From assembly GCA_965637545.1 (NCBI GenBank), contig OZ281500.1:9176001-9240000 (forward strand): DNA of 64,000 nucleotides. Direction: 5' to 3'. This DNA comes from Phallusia mammillata (Eukaryota). The position numbers and the translations under genes were made by a program. The first letter of the stretch is position 1; each line of letters begins with the position of its first letter. Shown piece after piece: positions 14,301 through 29,300 of this stretch. The notes under the pieces were generated by a model. The model was given only the letters and a program-made list of their open reading frames with translations. It was not told the DNA's origin and searched no databases.

Positions 14301-17300
14301 CACTGGGCAATGGAGAGACAGATGGAGCACCGCGATTCACCAGCATTTGAGGAACACCGTTATCAACTGGGACGATTTCAATGTCCATACGCTGCGGTTG
14401 GTCGGTTGCTGTTGTTCCCGGGAAGACAAAAAAGTCTTCGTGGGTTCCATCAGTGACTGTAAATGAGAAGGAGTCCGCAACGGTTTCAGATCCGTCGTGA
14501 GAGTAACTGATGCGGTTTTCATGGAGATCGTCCATGGTAAAGTCGCGCACCGGTGTCCTTTCGTTCATTAGGATCTTGCCATGAACTGGTACTTGAGTAA
14601 TATGGAAGCGGATCTTGGGGTCAAGGGTGTCACGGTCTTCGGCTGCAGAAACAAAATACAACAACGATGACAGGATTTTCGTTCATACACTGATATTAAA
14701 AACGTAAATAGTCATGCAACAGATAGAGAGACACATAGCCTGTAAAATTATCCTTTGTAAATAGAGAGCTCAGAAAATCTTGCAATTCTTACACTGTTGA
14801 AAGTCAATTACCCGGAACATGCAATTAATAAGGTCACTTCAACCACTGACCTTTCAGCTCAAAGGGAGAGATAAGCTTGACCGATCCCTCCTTTACACGC
14901 AGCCTTGTGATAGTGACCACCGGTTTTTTGTTGTCCACGTCGGATATGGACACTCGGAATGTACGGTAGACGGGGTTGAAGCCATCGGTCACCTCAAACT
15001 CGAAGCTGTCCATCTTCACTTCGTCGCCACCAGTGTGAACGTATTGGATTTTGCTCCCTGTAAGTGAAGTAAGTCTTATTTACGTGAAAGAAAATGATTT
15101 AGGGATTACTGAGCACTGGCCATATTTTTTGTAGTAGATGTAAACAAGGGAGCTACATTGGAGTAAAACTTAGTACACAAATGAGACACTAACGTCATCG
15201 TCAAACACTCTATGCCAAATATCTGTGGTTGTGTTTGTGCTCACGTGCTCCAACCTTTGCTCAAATGAGTCATTTGATAAAGGGCATTAGAGTGTGTCGC
15301 CAGTCGGTCGATTTTGTATCAGCAAGAGGATTTGCAAAACAGCGCTATGTCGTCTTGTGCCTGTTGTTCGATTCACGCAGCGTCGTTTGTTCACTGACCG
15401 CTTGTGTGATTTAGGATTTACCGTCCGTTCGGCAATAGGCATTCCAAATCCCCAAACTAACATAGGCGCGCGTCCGGAGTGTTTAAACGACAGTAAAGTG
15501 GTGTCAGCGCCGGATCATTTGCCTTTTAGGCGCAATGGAGAAGCGGAACTTGGGTTTACGACGTGTAAACATTTCTATTTGGGTTAGTGGAACATGATTG
15601 AACACCTGCTGGTCGCAATATCCTACGTCAAAATATGACGTCAGAAATAGAAAGTGTTATGTCACCCACCTGCCAGGTCGAGTTGGGTAAAGGTTGTGAT
15701 CGGGACCCCGGGGTTGTCAGTCGACTCCAAATGACCCCGCGTGGGGGCACGAGCGATCGAAAATTCCAATGTCTCGTCGGCGCTGTTGATATCCGCGGTG
15801 CTTAGGATGTCTAAAAAAGTACAACAAATCACCTTAAGGTTACACCCCTTTAAAAATGGTTTCACACAAGTGAATTGGCATTTGGTTGGTTGTGTGATTG
15901 ACAACGAAATTCTGTGTGGGCAGTATGAAACTAAAAGTGCACATGACGTAATATCTGTTAACATGGTGTTGATCTGCTCTTCGACTTAATCGAAAAATGC
16001 GGTCGACGTTCATGGGTCTTGTGCCGAGCCGCTGCTTCAGCTACTCAACTTCACAGCGCCCACAAACATCATTCACCTGTGGTAAGGGTCGCGCGGTCTC
16101 CCTCCTTCAGCGTCACTCCCTTGTTGATGACATCGGGGAAGTGCATGTCGAGGTAGGCTACGCTGACGTAGAAGTAGCGATCGATGAGAGGGTTAAATCC
16201 ATCGGTGACGTCAAACTTGATCAAGTCGCTAACGCCCTCCTGACCTGCAATGGAAGACATCAGGCATTTGAGACAGTTTCAAAACGTTGCGGCGGTTCTG
16301 AGTTCGAGTGGACTCTCACAGCATTGTTCGTTGTACGGAAATATTCGATACATGTAACGATTTGGGCACTCGTTTGTTTCAAAGCGTTCAAAACCTCAAT
16401 ATGGTGTCAAATTTTCACACCAAAGTGATTGTTAGTCAGTTGAATCAATACCACCACAAGTGATACTTTTGTACGTGTACGCATTTAAAATGCAACCAAT
16501 CTCGAAAAACACCCAGCACAGCGTTTGGGGATGACTTGTACTTTTCCTAAAGCTGTTCAGTTGAAGAAATGCGCTTTCAGCACATTGTCCGGAAGTTTGC
16601 ACGCATTAACAGGATCGATAGCTAATATGACACAAAGTTAGATAAATAGGAGTAACTTTACGCAGGAAACGTTAAAGGTGTCGTAGCGCTTACTGACATG
16701 ACCAGCAACCCGTGAAATTTAAATGCACAATGCGCTCTATTGATAAAAGTTTTAACAGCATCGCTCTTGGCGGGCTGAGTGACAAACATGGCACGTAAAT
16801 CGATGCTGCAGGCGATAATGGACATAGAAGGCCAAAATCGTTATCCATTGGGAAAACATATTTTTATGAATTTAACATATTGCAATGAATTTGATGTAAT
16901 CCACCTTATATTGCACATCACAATCGTCGTGGTAAAAATCCTCCTTTGTCGTGGGGAAATACGGGTTTGTTTATGTTTGCGTATTTGTTGGCCAACAACA
17001 ACATTATATGTGCAGAATTCCTGCAACTGGAACAAAATTACTCAGGCGATTTAGCCTCACAGGCGCTGAAAACAATCTGTAAGGATTGGTGAGTACAGGA
17101 AAAGGTCAAATATTCGCAGCAGGGCGGATTAGGAAAACAAACAGACCCGCGGCCACTGATCAGCACCAGGCGCTCAACCTGCTGGATGTTCGTGACCAAC
17201 TGCTTGGCTCCTGGCCTAAGCGGTTGTGGGCAATCAGTCAAAGACATGAAGTTAAGAAAGGGTAAGCGACTGGTCGACAACAGCACGCGACCCGGTTCAT

Positions 17301-20300
17301 CACAGGACCCGATTTAGATGCTACCTTTGTTATTAGCGGGGCTACACCACAAAGAACGAGAAGCTTCAATTAACGCTTTCGTTCGCGTGTGGCGAACAAG
17401 AGAGCTGACTGTCGGTCGCTAATCTTCCCGCCTCTGTTTACAAACGGGCAAGCCATCTCGTGTAACCAAGCACCGTGTGAAGTTGCAACGTTGCGCTGTG
17501 TCTTGCACTGCAGAGCCACAAAAGACGCGCTTTGCCGACCATTGCCACATGATCGTAAACGCCACAAATATGTAAACACGATATAACAAGCAATGGATTT
17601 TGTAGCTGTTTTTAGCGGCTTAAAATATGTTTTAAGTTGATATAAGTATCCGTGCGTGTGTGGTTTTTAAAACTTTTACATCAAATGAACCTGCATGTAG
17701 TTTGCAACTTATATTAAAAGCAAAAACCGGATTAAATACCATTTTCGTAGTTTTCGAACAGAAGCGAATGTACTAATGCTTTATGATTATCCAGTAATAT
17801 AGAACAACGTTTTTATCAGCGATGTGGGAGAAAAGTAACGGGGAAATCCACACGCTTTCTCGGGGTTAAGACCCCTAGTTTTAGGGGCTGAGATAATATT
17901 TCTACTCCCTATCCCGATGAGCCTTGAACGCTAATCGGCACGCTACGCCCTGTCACCGAAACACTATCTTTTGATCCCATGTAATTGCAAAAGGGCTGGC
18001 GATTTGACCGATTCCTGTATCCACGGAAAAATCAGCCACCTGCTTGCAACGTAAGGTAAAACCACAATATAAGCATTCCGAGCAATCCGGAGAGGATTAA
18101 ACCGCATTATGTTCCGCAACTTTTGCATTAAAGCATGCGGACTTGGCAGAAATAGCCACTACTGTTGGCTTAATCGATGTCATTTGAAATCGTAGAGGTT
18201 TGAAAGCTATGGCAAAAATATTAACCCCAAAGAAGTGAATACCTATGGTTTCAAGTGTGGCTTTATTTATGTATATTGTGTTGCACCACACAAACGAAGG
18301 TATAATACCAAGGACGCGTTCCCAGGGAATTATTTCAAATTAAAGCAACAAGCAACGTAAATTCCACGCCGAATCGGCTACAAAGTTGCTCGGTACCAAG
18401 CGGGATCGCATTTTGCAGGAGAGTTTGGTAAACACTTCAAATCAATCGGTATGTGTTTTTGAGCGTGGGGTGAACAACGGGCAACGGAGCGAGGCCACTT
18501 TCTCTACAAGGGGCGCGTAGAGAAGTTCAAAGAGGCCCAACTTCGCAGGGCCACGGCTCGGTAACTTGATATCCCTCACCCAGCATCGATTTACCGCTGT
18601 GTGTTCTGTGTAATCTATGATCACAAGTCAACGCGGGGACGTCGAAAGGGTTTTAACGCCTACCGATTAGCATTGTTTCGATCTCGTAAAAGGCGAAAAG
18701 TAAATTCTCGAGTGTCAAATTTTAATTCGAGATCGCGTGCGTGCAGATCGTCCGTGCCTTTAAAGAAGTCCTTCAAATCCAACACCGGAGCGTTTGCAGA
18801 TGTTGCAGAGCGTGGATATTCTGATTAGCTGTTAAGGCCGTGTGAAAACCTTTGGCCATGTAAACAGTCTTCTCAGAGTTTAAACCCTGAAAAGGGCGAA
18901 TCCGTAATGTATCAAGTGCGTGCAGCTAAACATGCCCAGCTTTGTTGCCTACAACAGTGGAAACCGTCGCTATTGACGATAGAACGCGCGCCTGCGGTGG
19001 CATTTACAGGCAATATATGTATTGAAAATACCAGGTGAATTGCCGCGCCCAAGTTTCCCTCTATACTTCATATTACGCCCACGCTACCAAAGTGCCACTA
19101 TGCCCGAACAGGTTAAATATATAAAGCCACCGTATCAATATTTGCTTAGGATTGGTGTATTTAAAGCCGCGATTTTGCGGCAACAAAACGAAGACAGACA
19201 TACGGGATCACGAACACGCGGTCCTTGTGCGACACTGATATATTCGTTCGTTGACGCAGAAGAATCGCACGCAACTCCACGCCCTTGCGTCAATTCTCGG
19301 CGTTCCCGCCCTTCTGCATTAATCACGTCGCTGAAGGATATTCGGTTTGTGTATGACCGCAAATACTACATTTGGCACGTCACGGTGACAACGCTTCAAG
19401 TTGTGACAGCAAAACCATTAGGTAATGTACGAAAAACCATTGGACTTTTAATACCAGAACTTTCAACTATTTGTAGGGTCGAAATCTTGTTAACTTTCCC
19501 TTTAAAGAAGCATTTCGCTATTATGCTTCACGCAAAGATATAAATTAGCTGCAGAAATTTTAGCATTATATTGGTTTCATACCTGTATGCGTGTACGTCA
19601 ATCTGTTGTTGTCAATATCATCCTGGGTGAAATTATCTCCAACTCGGACGATGCGAGAAAAACCGCTTCCATCAGTCACATTCAGTTCGCCGTGTTGTGG
19701 TCCAAATGTAATCACGTAAAGAAGAGTCCTATCTTCGGAATCCAAATCTGTCGCCTGACCAACAAAAAATATAATTCAATAATACATTACTTTTTCAATT
19801 ATGTTTGATTTTGATGTAGAAACGGCGCAAAGGCATCTTATATTATACACCGCGGATTGTTTTAAAAATTAGGCCCTGGAATCCGGGAATAGATGGTTAT
19901 TCTTTGCAGACCGCAATTAAATTTAGCTCATAAATTGGCATTCTTTGTTTTCACGTTTTATGTCCATATTTAACATACAGGGGTGTGTGACGGTATTGTG
20001 GAACCACCAAGTCCAGGTGCTGCCAAGTAACGCAAAGTGCCAATCGTGGAACGCTTTCATTGTCACTCGGTGAGTCGGAATGCGAAAGGAAAACACAAAA
20101 ATAACGATCGATTCACGTGACGAAAATAACCGAAGCCCCTTGTGACGTGACAGGAATCGCAAGTTATTATAATGGTGTTTTAAAATCACAAGGACCACGA
20201 ATACATAAAAAAAAAACGCGTCGGCAGTTAATTGGACGTTTGTCCGTGTAGCACCGAACAATTTGTAATGATTTTGAAGATATTTTTCAAATAGATAACA

Positions 20301-23300
20301 TCGTTCCAACTCGGCATAGCACCAACATGGACTTATGGGTACAAGCATTTGAAAAAGTTTTTTCGTTGTTCAGTAAATAGCAGGCAAAATGTCAGTGGAA
20401 TCGCATGCAAAAGCGTGATACCTGGGCTTGGGAGAGATGGTAACAATTAACGTGGCGTCGTGGTGACTTCGCTAACGCCCGCAAGGCGACAATATGCAAA
20501 GAGCAACACGCCAAAGCACACAACAATTTGGCGGCATGTGCCATCGTTTTAAGTAATTTCAATACCTTTCACCCTCGTCAATGGGCCTATTTATCGTTGT
20601 AGTAGATCAACAAAAGCCTACCGGGCGTCTGGAGAAAGAGCTGGCTATAAATAGTAGTGAAATTCGAAGCCTATTTGTTTCTTTCGCTTGGACTCGCACT
20701 ACGGCATGACCCAGCGACTGTGGGTGTTTACAATGGGGTTGCTTAGCAATATCGTGCGAGGTTTTACGTTGGTCTTTACCTTAGGACGGTTAAGAAACGT
20801 GGCAATTGAATATGCGTGGGTGTATTATACGCACTTGCGAAACTTTAAACGGTTTGTAGTGGGCAAAATAAAGCCAAAACGTCTGATGCATGATGAAATT
20901 TAAGATCTGTAAGGAATACGGAATCGAGCCAAACAGTAAGTGCGACACTTTACTTCCGTCGGGCTTTAGGCCTACATACCAGCGAGCACAACAATATGTA
21001 ATTCCAGTTAATCCCTGGCCGTCTCGACACCACACGATGTGACGCCAGCAGTGCCAGTCAAACCGATTCCCCGCGATCTCCATTGTGACGTTTCTATTGC
21101 CTCTGCACCGTTACATCGCCGAGTTTCGAAAGAGAGCTTTGTTATTCAGGTGAATAGTAGAACATAAGCACCTTCGCCCTAACAGCGCTAGGTCGAAAGG
21201 GTTCGCGCCTTATATGTGCGCTTTGAGTGGTTTCTCTCCCCATTAGAGCGAAGTCACTCGCAATTAGCGCAAGAGCATCGGCTCACGTGGTCGCATTTGC
21301 ATTTGCGCTAAATTTGCTCGCGAGTTTGTGACGCGTTAATTTTATAAACCGCCAGGTCGCGCGCCTATGCACGTGACCCATAAGGAATAAAGCTCCATTA
21401 GAGTGACACGAAGCGGGAAATTCGGTGGAACGCGCGCTGTTGACTTTGGCTGACAGCTACAAGTCCTCATGAAATAGCGGCGCGAAATATGCCGTCAACT
21501 TTATCAACTGCTGGCGGCGGAAACAGAGTGGAATGTTTAGGACGGCAGGCACGGGTCGGACAGGTGACGTGCGTTTGGGTTGAGTTTTCTGTCGCTGAGG
21601 AAACCAAAGACGAGAAAATAGTGACAACTATACTTGACATTTAGAACCACAATGCCCGACTTGACAGACCGGAAATTATGTACAGGTTTGTTACATCGAA
21701 ATACATTTTACACGAAACCAAATTTCATACGTATCAAACAGAACGTATCACAAAACACATTCTTATCGAAGTCTCACTACAATAACAAGAAATTAGGCAG
21801 TCAACGGTTTGGGTCAAACAAACGGAAAACAAACAAACCAATCTTAATAATAGTGGTAACAATTTTTAGTTTGCATTAACTTATTTCAGTTTTTTATTTG
21901 CTCAACATGAAAACTGACCTTCAATGCATCGTTGCCTATGATCACCGTTTCCGAGATCTCGACATCAATTCCGTTATTGATGGTCATGCGAGGTGTTTCG
22001 TCGTCGACTGGGATAACTGTGATGGGGATAATCTGCGATACTTCGTGCTCCCCATCGCTAACCGTTACCTCAAACTTATCTTCAGTCGTCTCCGTGTCGT
22101 CGTGCTGGTAAATAATTTCAGAACCGGTTGCCACGTCCCTCAGTGAGAAGCTTGAAATGGGAATGGGGTTGCCTTCCACCTGAAGACAGAAGGATCGATT
22201 TGTTAAGCCAAGGCGCTGAAACGCGGTTGCACCTCCCCTGCGTTGAGGCATTGCCCCGTCGGAAGGAGGTTTTTGTCCCGCCTGCTGCAAAGAATATCGT
22301 CGCTAGCTCGCGTTGGCGGACAAAAGCACCGGTTCGGGAAGTCAACAGTGCGTGATGCCGCACCGGAGAAAACGTGTCATCGTAGCTATTAATACCCAGT
22401 GGTTTATGTTCAAGATCTGACAGTGAGTTATGATTTCTGCACAGACAGACTCGATTCAATAAGTACGCTCTGCACTAAAAATGGTATTTTCCAACCAGGG
22501 TTGATAGTGAGATCGTTAATCTTAAAAAGCGTAACACCCAACACGTACAATGTCGAGCGAACGTGAACATATTACGTGGCAGTGTTACGTACGTTTCGAA
22601 GGAATACGCCGTTTCTCGGAGCGTCGGTGATGGTGAAAATAAGTTCGTCTTCAGGGACATCATCGTCTTCTGCGTAGAGCTTGGGAAGATCGACAACAAG
22701 CGCTCCACCTTCCTCAACCACAAATTCCGTAAAGAACAGACGGGGCGTTTCGTCGTTTACTACAAATTACACGAATATGTTAAATCTACAACATTCGCAT
22801 GTCTGGAAAATAAAGCACGCCAAACTGGGTGAGATTGTTGTTAGAGTCAACATTACTTTATTGGATTTTACTGTATCGATTGCAAATCTCATGCAACTCC
22901 GATAGGATTAGTTGGACTAGAGTAGTACGCATTACAAGCCTGTAGGCACTATCCTTCGTTCTTCTGTGTACTCAGATTACCACGAGGTGCAGATTGACAA
23001 CAAGTTAATATTGTACGAGCTCAAGGGAGCAAATTGAGTCAGGTTCAAAGAATAACAAGAGGTTACTCTCTGCGACAATGGCCAAGGCCCTTGGGTTCCC
23101 TCACAGAATTGTGGTAAGTGTATATTCAAGGCACTTGATTTGCGGTTTGCGTTGGAAAACCAACCACCGGGCCATTGTATTTACTTTGCAAATTACCCCT
23201 ATCCATCACGCCAAACGAGCTATTCACATTATCGTCAGGAAGTTGAGTCCGATTTGCGATTTGTAAAAGCAAGACATATTTTAGGGAAAACGAGTGATTG

Positions 23301-26300
23301 GTAAGGGCAAGTTCAAGTACATGGTGGCCACGTGTTTTACGTCGTTGCTAACGAGCCTTGCTGTCACCAATGGCCAAGCAGCTCAAGCGTTGTCGGTGAT
23401 GGTGGCCCTTGAGATGATGCATGGTAGGCGAGGGTGCTCGATAGCGGCTGCCAGGCGGACCGACGATCTCTCGAGTGTTGCATTCAACTCAATATTAAAT
23501 TCCGCGGTCGGTATGAGCTCGCGGCGTTTAGAGGGCATATAATGAAATCTTTCCGTTTCCAAGGACATAAAAAATAATAAAATTGACCTCGTTGTCACGA
23601 ATATAGCCCCACCTACGTTGACCTGTGGTGATTGGAATAATTTGAAAGGACAATGACATTGTACATTGTTTGAGGCGACGGTGAATATTTGATACGCAGA
23701 AGAAACCACAAAATGAGCAGTTTGGTTTTGCTATAGTTTAGGGGGCGCACGTCACCCTCGCGAATATCCCATGGGTCTGAAGTTCCCATGTCGAAAAAAG
23801 TCTTTATAAGCCACGCTAAGTCGGGCGTGAAAGCAAACACTTTCGCTGGGGACATTGGTGTCCGCCCGCCGTACCCCACGCCAGCCCCTGTTACCAATGA
23901 CAACGTCTATGTTTTCGACTCGAGAGCTAAACAAATTTGGAAATTCTGTTTAACAGGATGTGAGATGTGAACCTCAGCTTGTGGTAAAAACGGTTAAAAG
24001 CAAAGAACGTAGAAATTACATTTTTGTTCCTACTTAAAATAGTTCATAACTATGATATGAATTTTTATAATGGTAGGACGAAGCACGCACAAAATCAACA
24101 TTTTGGCAGTTGCTAGGAAACCTTATTTTTCATACGGATGGATACGAAGTTGATAAGAAACGCAAAATAGTAGACTTATATGTACATTGTTTATAATAGT
24201 TTTTGTTTTATAAGGTGTTATTGCGTAAGTTTATGTTAATCAATGTAATTTAAAGTCTACGGGCATTAAATATAAAATCGTATGTTTAAAAATACAAGTG
24301 GTCTCATTGTTTACAATTTAAACTTGTAATTCTCCCAAAATGTTATTTTACTTACCAGGTATAATCGCTATGTTAAGGAACATCTGGTCCGAGATGTTAG
24401 GTGTGCCATCCTGGCAGACGAAAGCAAAGCGATCTTCGATTGGCTCACTGCCCTTGTGGACGCTTTGAACGAAATATATGTTGCCAGCGATAATATCACC
24501 AATAGTAAAAGAGCTGATCGGTTCCCCGGCTCTAGATTTTTCAGATCCTGGAAGAGGGGATATATTCTCCAGGAAGCCGTCGTTGGCCTGGGTTGTGACG
24601 ACACATAGAATGTCGTCATCGTTGGTGTCGTCATCACGTGCAAGCAGGTGTATCGGCTCGATTAGTGCCTTGTCGCCTTCGGATACGAAAAAATCGTCCG
24701 CCACAGTAACTATGGGCGCCTCGCTGTCAACGGGAAGAATCTTCACTTGGATGTCAACGCGTTCAACTCTGTTGCCTCCAACCGTCCATTGATCGGACAT
24801 ATCGGACAGTGTAAGACGGAACATATCGGAATCTGGCTCTGAACCAATTTCTCCTGCTACGTGTTCGTATTCCACAACCCCGTCGCGAATGTTCATCTGG
24901 GTGAAGCTGGTGGCTTCTGTTCCATCCACTAGAATCACGCCTTTGCCTGCAGGCTCCTCAATAAGATAAGTCAGTGCAAGATCGTTTGTGTCAGAGTCGG
25001 TCGCCGAAAGAACCTGTGAAATTGTGAAACTTAAAATCAATCTCAAGGATGAACATAAATTTATAAATGAGCCCTGAAGCGGTCATTCAGACTAGCGATA
25101 AGTTATAACGCCTTCAATGGGCCTCGCGTACGATGATGCAATCTCAAAGGTCACAACAAGGTGAAAACTAAGGCGTTTTATACACGGGTAAAGTAAATCT
25201 GGTTTATCTATCGTCGCAAAAACCAAAACACACCCTCAAGGGTATATCCCATAAAGCGAATACAGAAACGGCGCTAATCATAGCCATTCGTCGCGCGTCG
25301 ACAATGTAAACATTTCCGCGCGTAGGCACTCAAACGGATTTACGCCTGCCGACTGACACGCATGCCCGCGTCCACCGGCCAACGATAAACAATTGCACGC
25401 CACTCACGTCTGTTGTGATGGTGACCCGACCGCGCTCCGGCACTTCAATGGTGAAGTCCAAGGTGCCGTCGACAAGGTGCGCCAACAAAGGCTGCTCGTC
25501 GTCAATCGGTTGCACGGTTACACGCACCACAATAGGGATGGTGTGCATGCCATCTGACACCGCTAGTCCGAAACTGTCGGATGTCACCTCGCTGCCATCG
25601 TGCTGGTAAATGATGTGGTAACCGTGAATGTCCATTCGCGTAAAGGCCCCGCCTGCAAAGATGATCCGTGTTTAGGTAAAGGATTTTGAACGGTGCGGAT
25701 TTGGGTTACGTGTTTTGGTTAGGGATTATTAGTTGAGATTTGTTAACGTTAGGGATGAAGGGCAATCCCTTCAAGGTTATTCGAGCTATCGAAAATGGGC
25801 AGTTTTTTGGCCTTCAATACACAAAAAATGCTTTATAATACGCTTTTTGACAAAACGCAGCATACTGATTCTGGTCTGGGTCTGGTAGTTTTCGTTTGAA
25901 GCGGGGTTTACAAAAACATGGGTTCTATTATATCCTTTTAAACATAGTGTATATACACTATTAAATTGCATATCATTTGCATTTCAATTACCAAGATTAA
26001 TTGGAGACGCTTCGTATTGCAACACTCCGTATTTCGGTGCGCTAGTCAGTTCAAAGGTGAGGATATTTTCATCTGTATCTTCGTCTGTTGCATCCAAGAT
26101 TTCAGGAGTAATTATTGCCGTGCTTCGCTCATCCACCACAAATCCGGTATTTACGATGCGTGGAGGTTTGTTGTCGACAGGACGCAGGAAGATGGTAAAA
26201 AGCTGAAGTCACAAAACACTTGATTGACGCGAGTCAACAATACAAAAAATACCTGTCTAAAAATGCAATACAATATCTACGAAGGTCAAGGCAGAACCGC

Positions 26301-29300
26301 TGTTTTTCTTTGTATAACGATTCTTAAGGCAACAAGCGATTGTGTTACGACCGGGAAGGCAGTAGCACTTAGTACGCACCTGGTCGGGCAGAACGTTGCC
26401 AGCGTCGTCGGTGACACTAAAGGTGAACTGCAATGCCCGGGGTATAAGGCCCAGTTCAGTGTTGGGTGGTTGGTATGCCACTTTGTGGTGGTTCACTTGC
26501 GCTTGGGTGAACGTCGTCAGCGTAGTGTTTGGATTCTCAGTCAGCACCAGACGGCCTGCGGGCGAAAAAACACAAGAAATGTTAGCTGGGTTGGGAAGCG
26601 CTATCGTTTGAAACTCTTCGACTTGTGTTTGTGCGGTTCAACCGCGATAGCAACAGCCCTGATGTAATTTGCAGCTCGTTTAGGCTTAACGACTGTTTGC
26701 AAACGTCTGCAAGCCTCAGATGCTTGTCAGTGAATCTTACAAACGCCACCTTACTTCACTTTTGCCCACTCTTTTCAGTTCTTTTGAAGCACTTTCCACA
26801 ACAGTTAATGGTACTGCACCTGACGTGATGCAAAGGAACTTAACGCAAGCGAGTAGTAGCATCACGTCGTTCCGTTTGATGGCACTGTTTAAACACGACA
26901 TCTTTTGTGCCGGATTTGTGTATGACTAACATACTTTATGGCAAACAATGCCCCGGAGTCGTGCAGATGAAAAACCCAGGACCGAGAGCCCTTTGCTCTC
27001 CTGTTTTGAAAGGTTTTGCGCAAAGGTCGTCAGCAGGTTGTTTGACAGCGTATTGGGTTAAGTCATATAGTACCGCCCGTGGGCGTCGCTTTTTAAGGTT
27101 AGCACGGTTCCCACTTGTCCGTTTATGTTTATGTGCTTTAATCAACCAAAACAAACTTGGACATGTCGCAAGAAAACCAAATATCTGTAATTAGGAAAAA
27201 ATATGGAAACGTGTTTCTATCCTAGGCAATAAATTTGACATACCGTTGCGGTACGTCGCAGAGCACACATTGTCATATTTTCACTTGTTTGTAAAACGGT
27301 TACTAACCACCAACCGGTCGAAACCGTCTTTACGTAATGTTTGTATACGCTACGTCACGTACTGGTTTAGATCATCAAACACAAAATTGCGAAACGCAAA
27401 ACACCGGCTCATTTTAAGTCGGCAAATATTTGGCTCGACCTTGTACTGGGTCGAAAAACACGTGCATTTAAACAACTCTCTTGGCTGCAGACCGGAAAAC
27501 CTAATTTAACGTACAAGTTCGCCACCCAGACGCCATACCTGTGTCGACCAAGGGCGTAATGGGATTGAGCTCGACGATAGGGGCAGTAATGGTGTAAACA
27601 AGATCCTTGTCATTAGTATCTATGTCGGTGTATCGCAGCAGTTTCTTCTTCAGCGGGGTGAGCTCGAATTCCTCGACGTTCATCTGCAGAAAAATTAGTT
27701 TCAGCCAAACACTGAATCGAAACCATTGTTTTGTTGACCACACCTTCTGGTTCAATTCCAATCGGACACGTTTTTTGCATTCACTTTACCAACACCAAAA
27801 AATGTAATGTAACTGACCTGTAACGTTGTTCCTGGGTACAGATTGGGTTGAATGTCGTCAACGGGGAGCACTTTGACAACAAAATTAAACCTGTCAGATT
27901 TATTGGGTGGATCACCGTTGTCTTGCACTCGGAACGGATGAATATCCATCACCACGCCAGTAGAATGCGGCCCAACGTGCCGGTAGTACACCTACGTTAA
28001 ACCAGTATTGACATACAGCTTTTCAATGTCAAGTGCAATAAAAGGTGGGCAACAATTCGATACAACCCATTTCTATGATATATCTTCTTGTCGGTTACCT
28101 GCATGTCCATAATTTCTTGCTGTGTCCATTCTGTTATCGGTTTCTCCCATCTGCCATCGGGTCTCAGAGAAAAAGCATCAGCCTCAAAACCATCTGGGAC
28201 GTCGTTGATCACCAGCATGAACACACCAATTTCCGAGTATGGCTCTTGTAACACGAACTTCGCCAATAACGAATCCGAGTCGACATCGGCAGCGTGAAGA
28301 ACCCATGAGCTTACAACTTTCGTTTCGCCTTTGCTAACCACAAGCCCCGTGTTGGTGTCGACGTTCTGAAATCGTGAAAGGTATGTTCGGTACTTGCTTG
28401 CCACTTGGGGCAAAAAATCTCCCACGCGTCTGTAATTGTTACACCTGAGTCGCGGGGCTCGCTTTGTGATAAGGACTTACCGGCGGTGTGTTGTCCAGGG
28501 GCGCTATTGTTATCGGGAATAGGAACTCAACCTCGGTCTCACCGTCGCTCATGCGGAAAACTATGTTGTCACTGCAAGAAAAAACACAGTCGCCAGGTCA
28601 GTTTTTGAAGGGACCGCCCAATGCCAAAATCCTCGCATAAATCCGCACATAAGCTTGACCACGCGGGGGTCAAAATGTCGTGCGTCGTTTGAACTGTTTT
28701 TAGTCGCACAAACTTTAACCGACCAAAAGGCCTTGCGGTAAGCTTTCATGCGACCGTTCTATATAGTCAGTAGGGTTTGATCCATGATAGCGTGCTAACG
28801 GCCTCTGTGACGTGTTGCAAAATTGCCACTGCGGGTCGTTAGTGGAACAATTTGTTCCAGGGCAGAGCGCAAGGCCAATTTCGCTGAAAAAATGCGGTGC
28901 AAGCGCACGCGGGGTAGTAGTTTCTATGTCGGTGGTTTACTTCGACAGAGAATACTGTCGTTTGTAAAGTTTGTCAAAACCAAGGCAATCATTGGCAGTG
29001 GTTTTTTAATACAGGTATACGTTTAAACATACAATCCCGATCGTATTCCCTTTAAAAACGTTTAATTTAAACCAACCTGTATGTGTTGGAACCATCGTGG
29101 TGATAGGTCACAAGACCGGCGTCTAAATCGGCTGGAGTAAAAAACTTTTGCGGACCGAAGCTCAATGCTCCGTGTTGAGCTTGTCGGAGCGGTCGAATCC
29201 GAACCTCATCCAGGTTGTTTTCATCAGAAACCTCGAGATTCTGTGAGCTGGACAGTGCCCTGGTTTGGCCCTTCACGATAACACACATACAATAGTTTCA

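Noticed and set aside
17905-17965. Hammerhead-ribozyme-like CCGATGAG...CGAAAC
   Set aside because: The core is not CTGANGA, and stem II is not followed directly by GAAA.
23788-23970. ORF starting [11 protein letters not shown], reminiscent of TIR-domain box 1
   Set aside because: Only 60 aa, no further TIR motifs, no splice support; intronic and antisense to FREM2.
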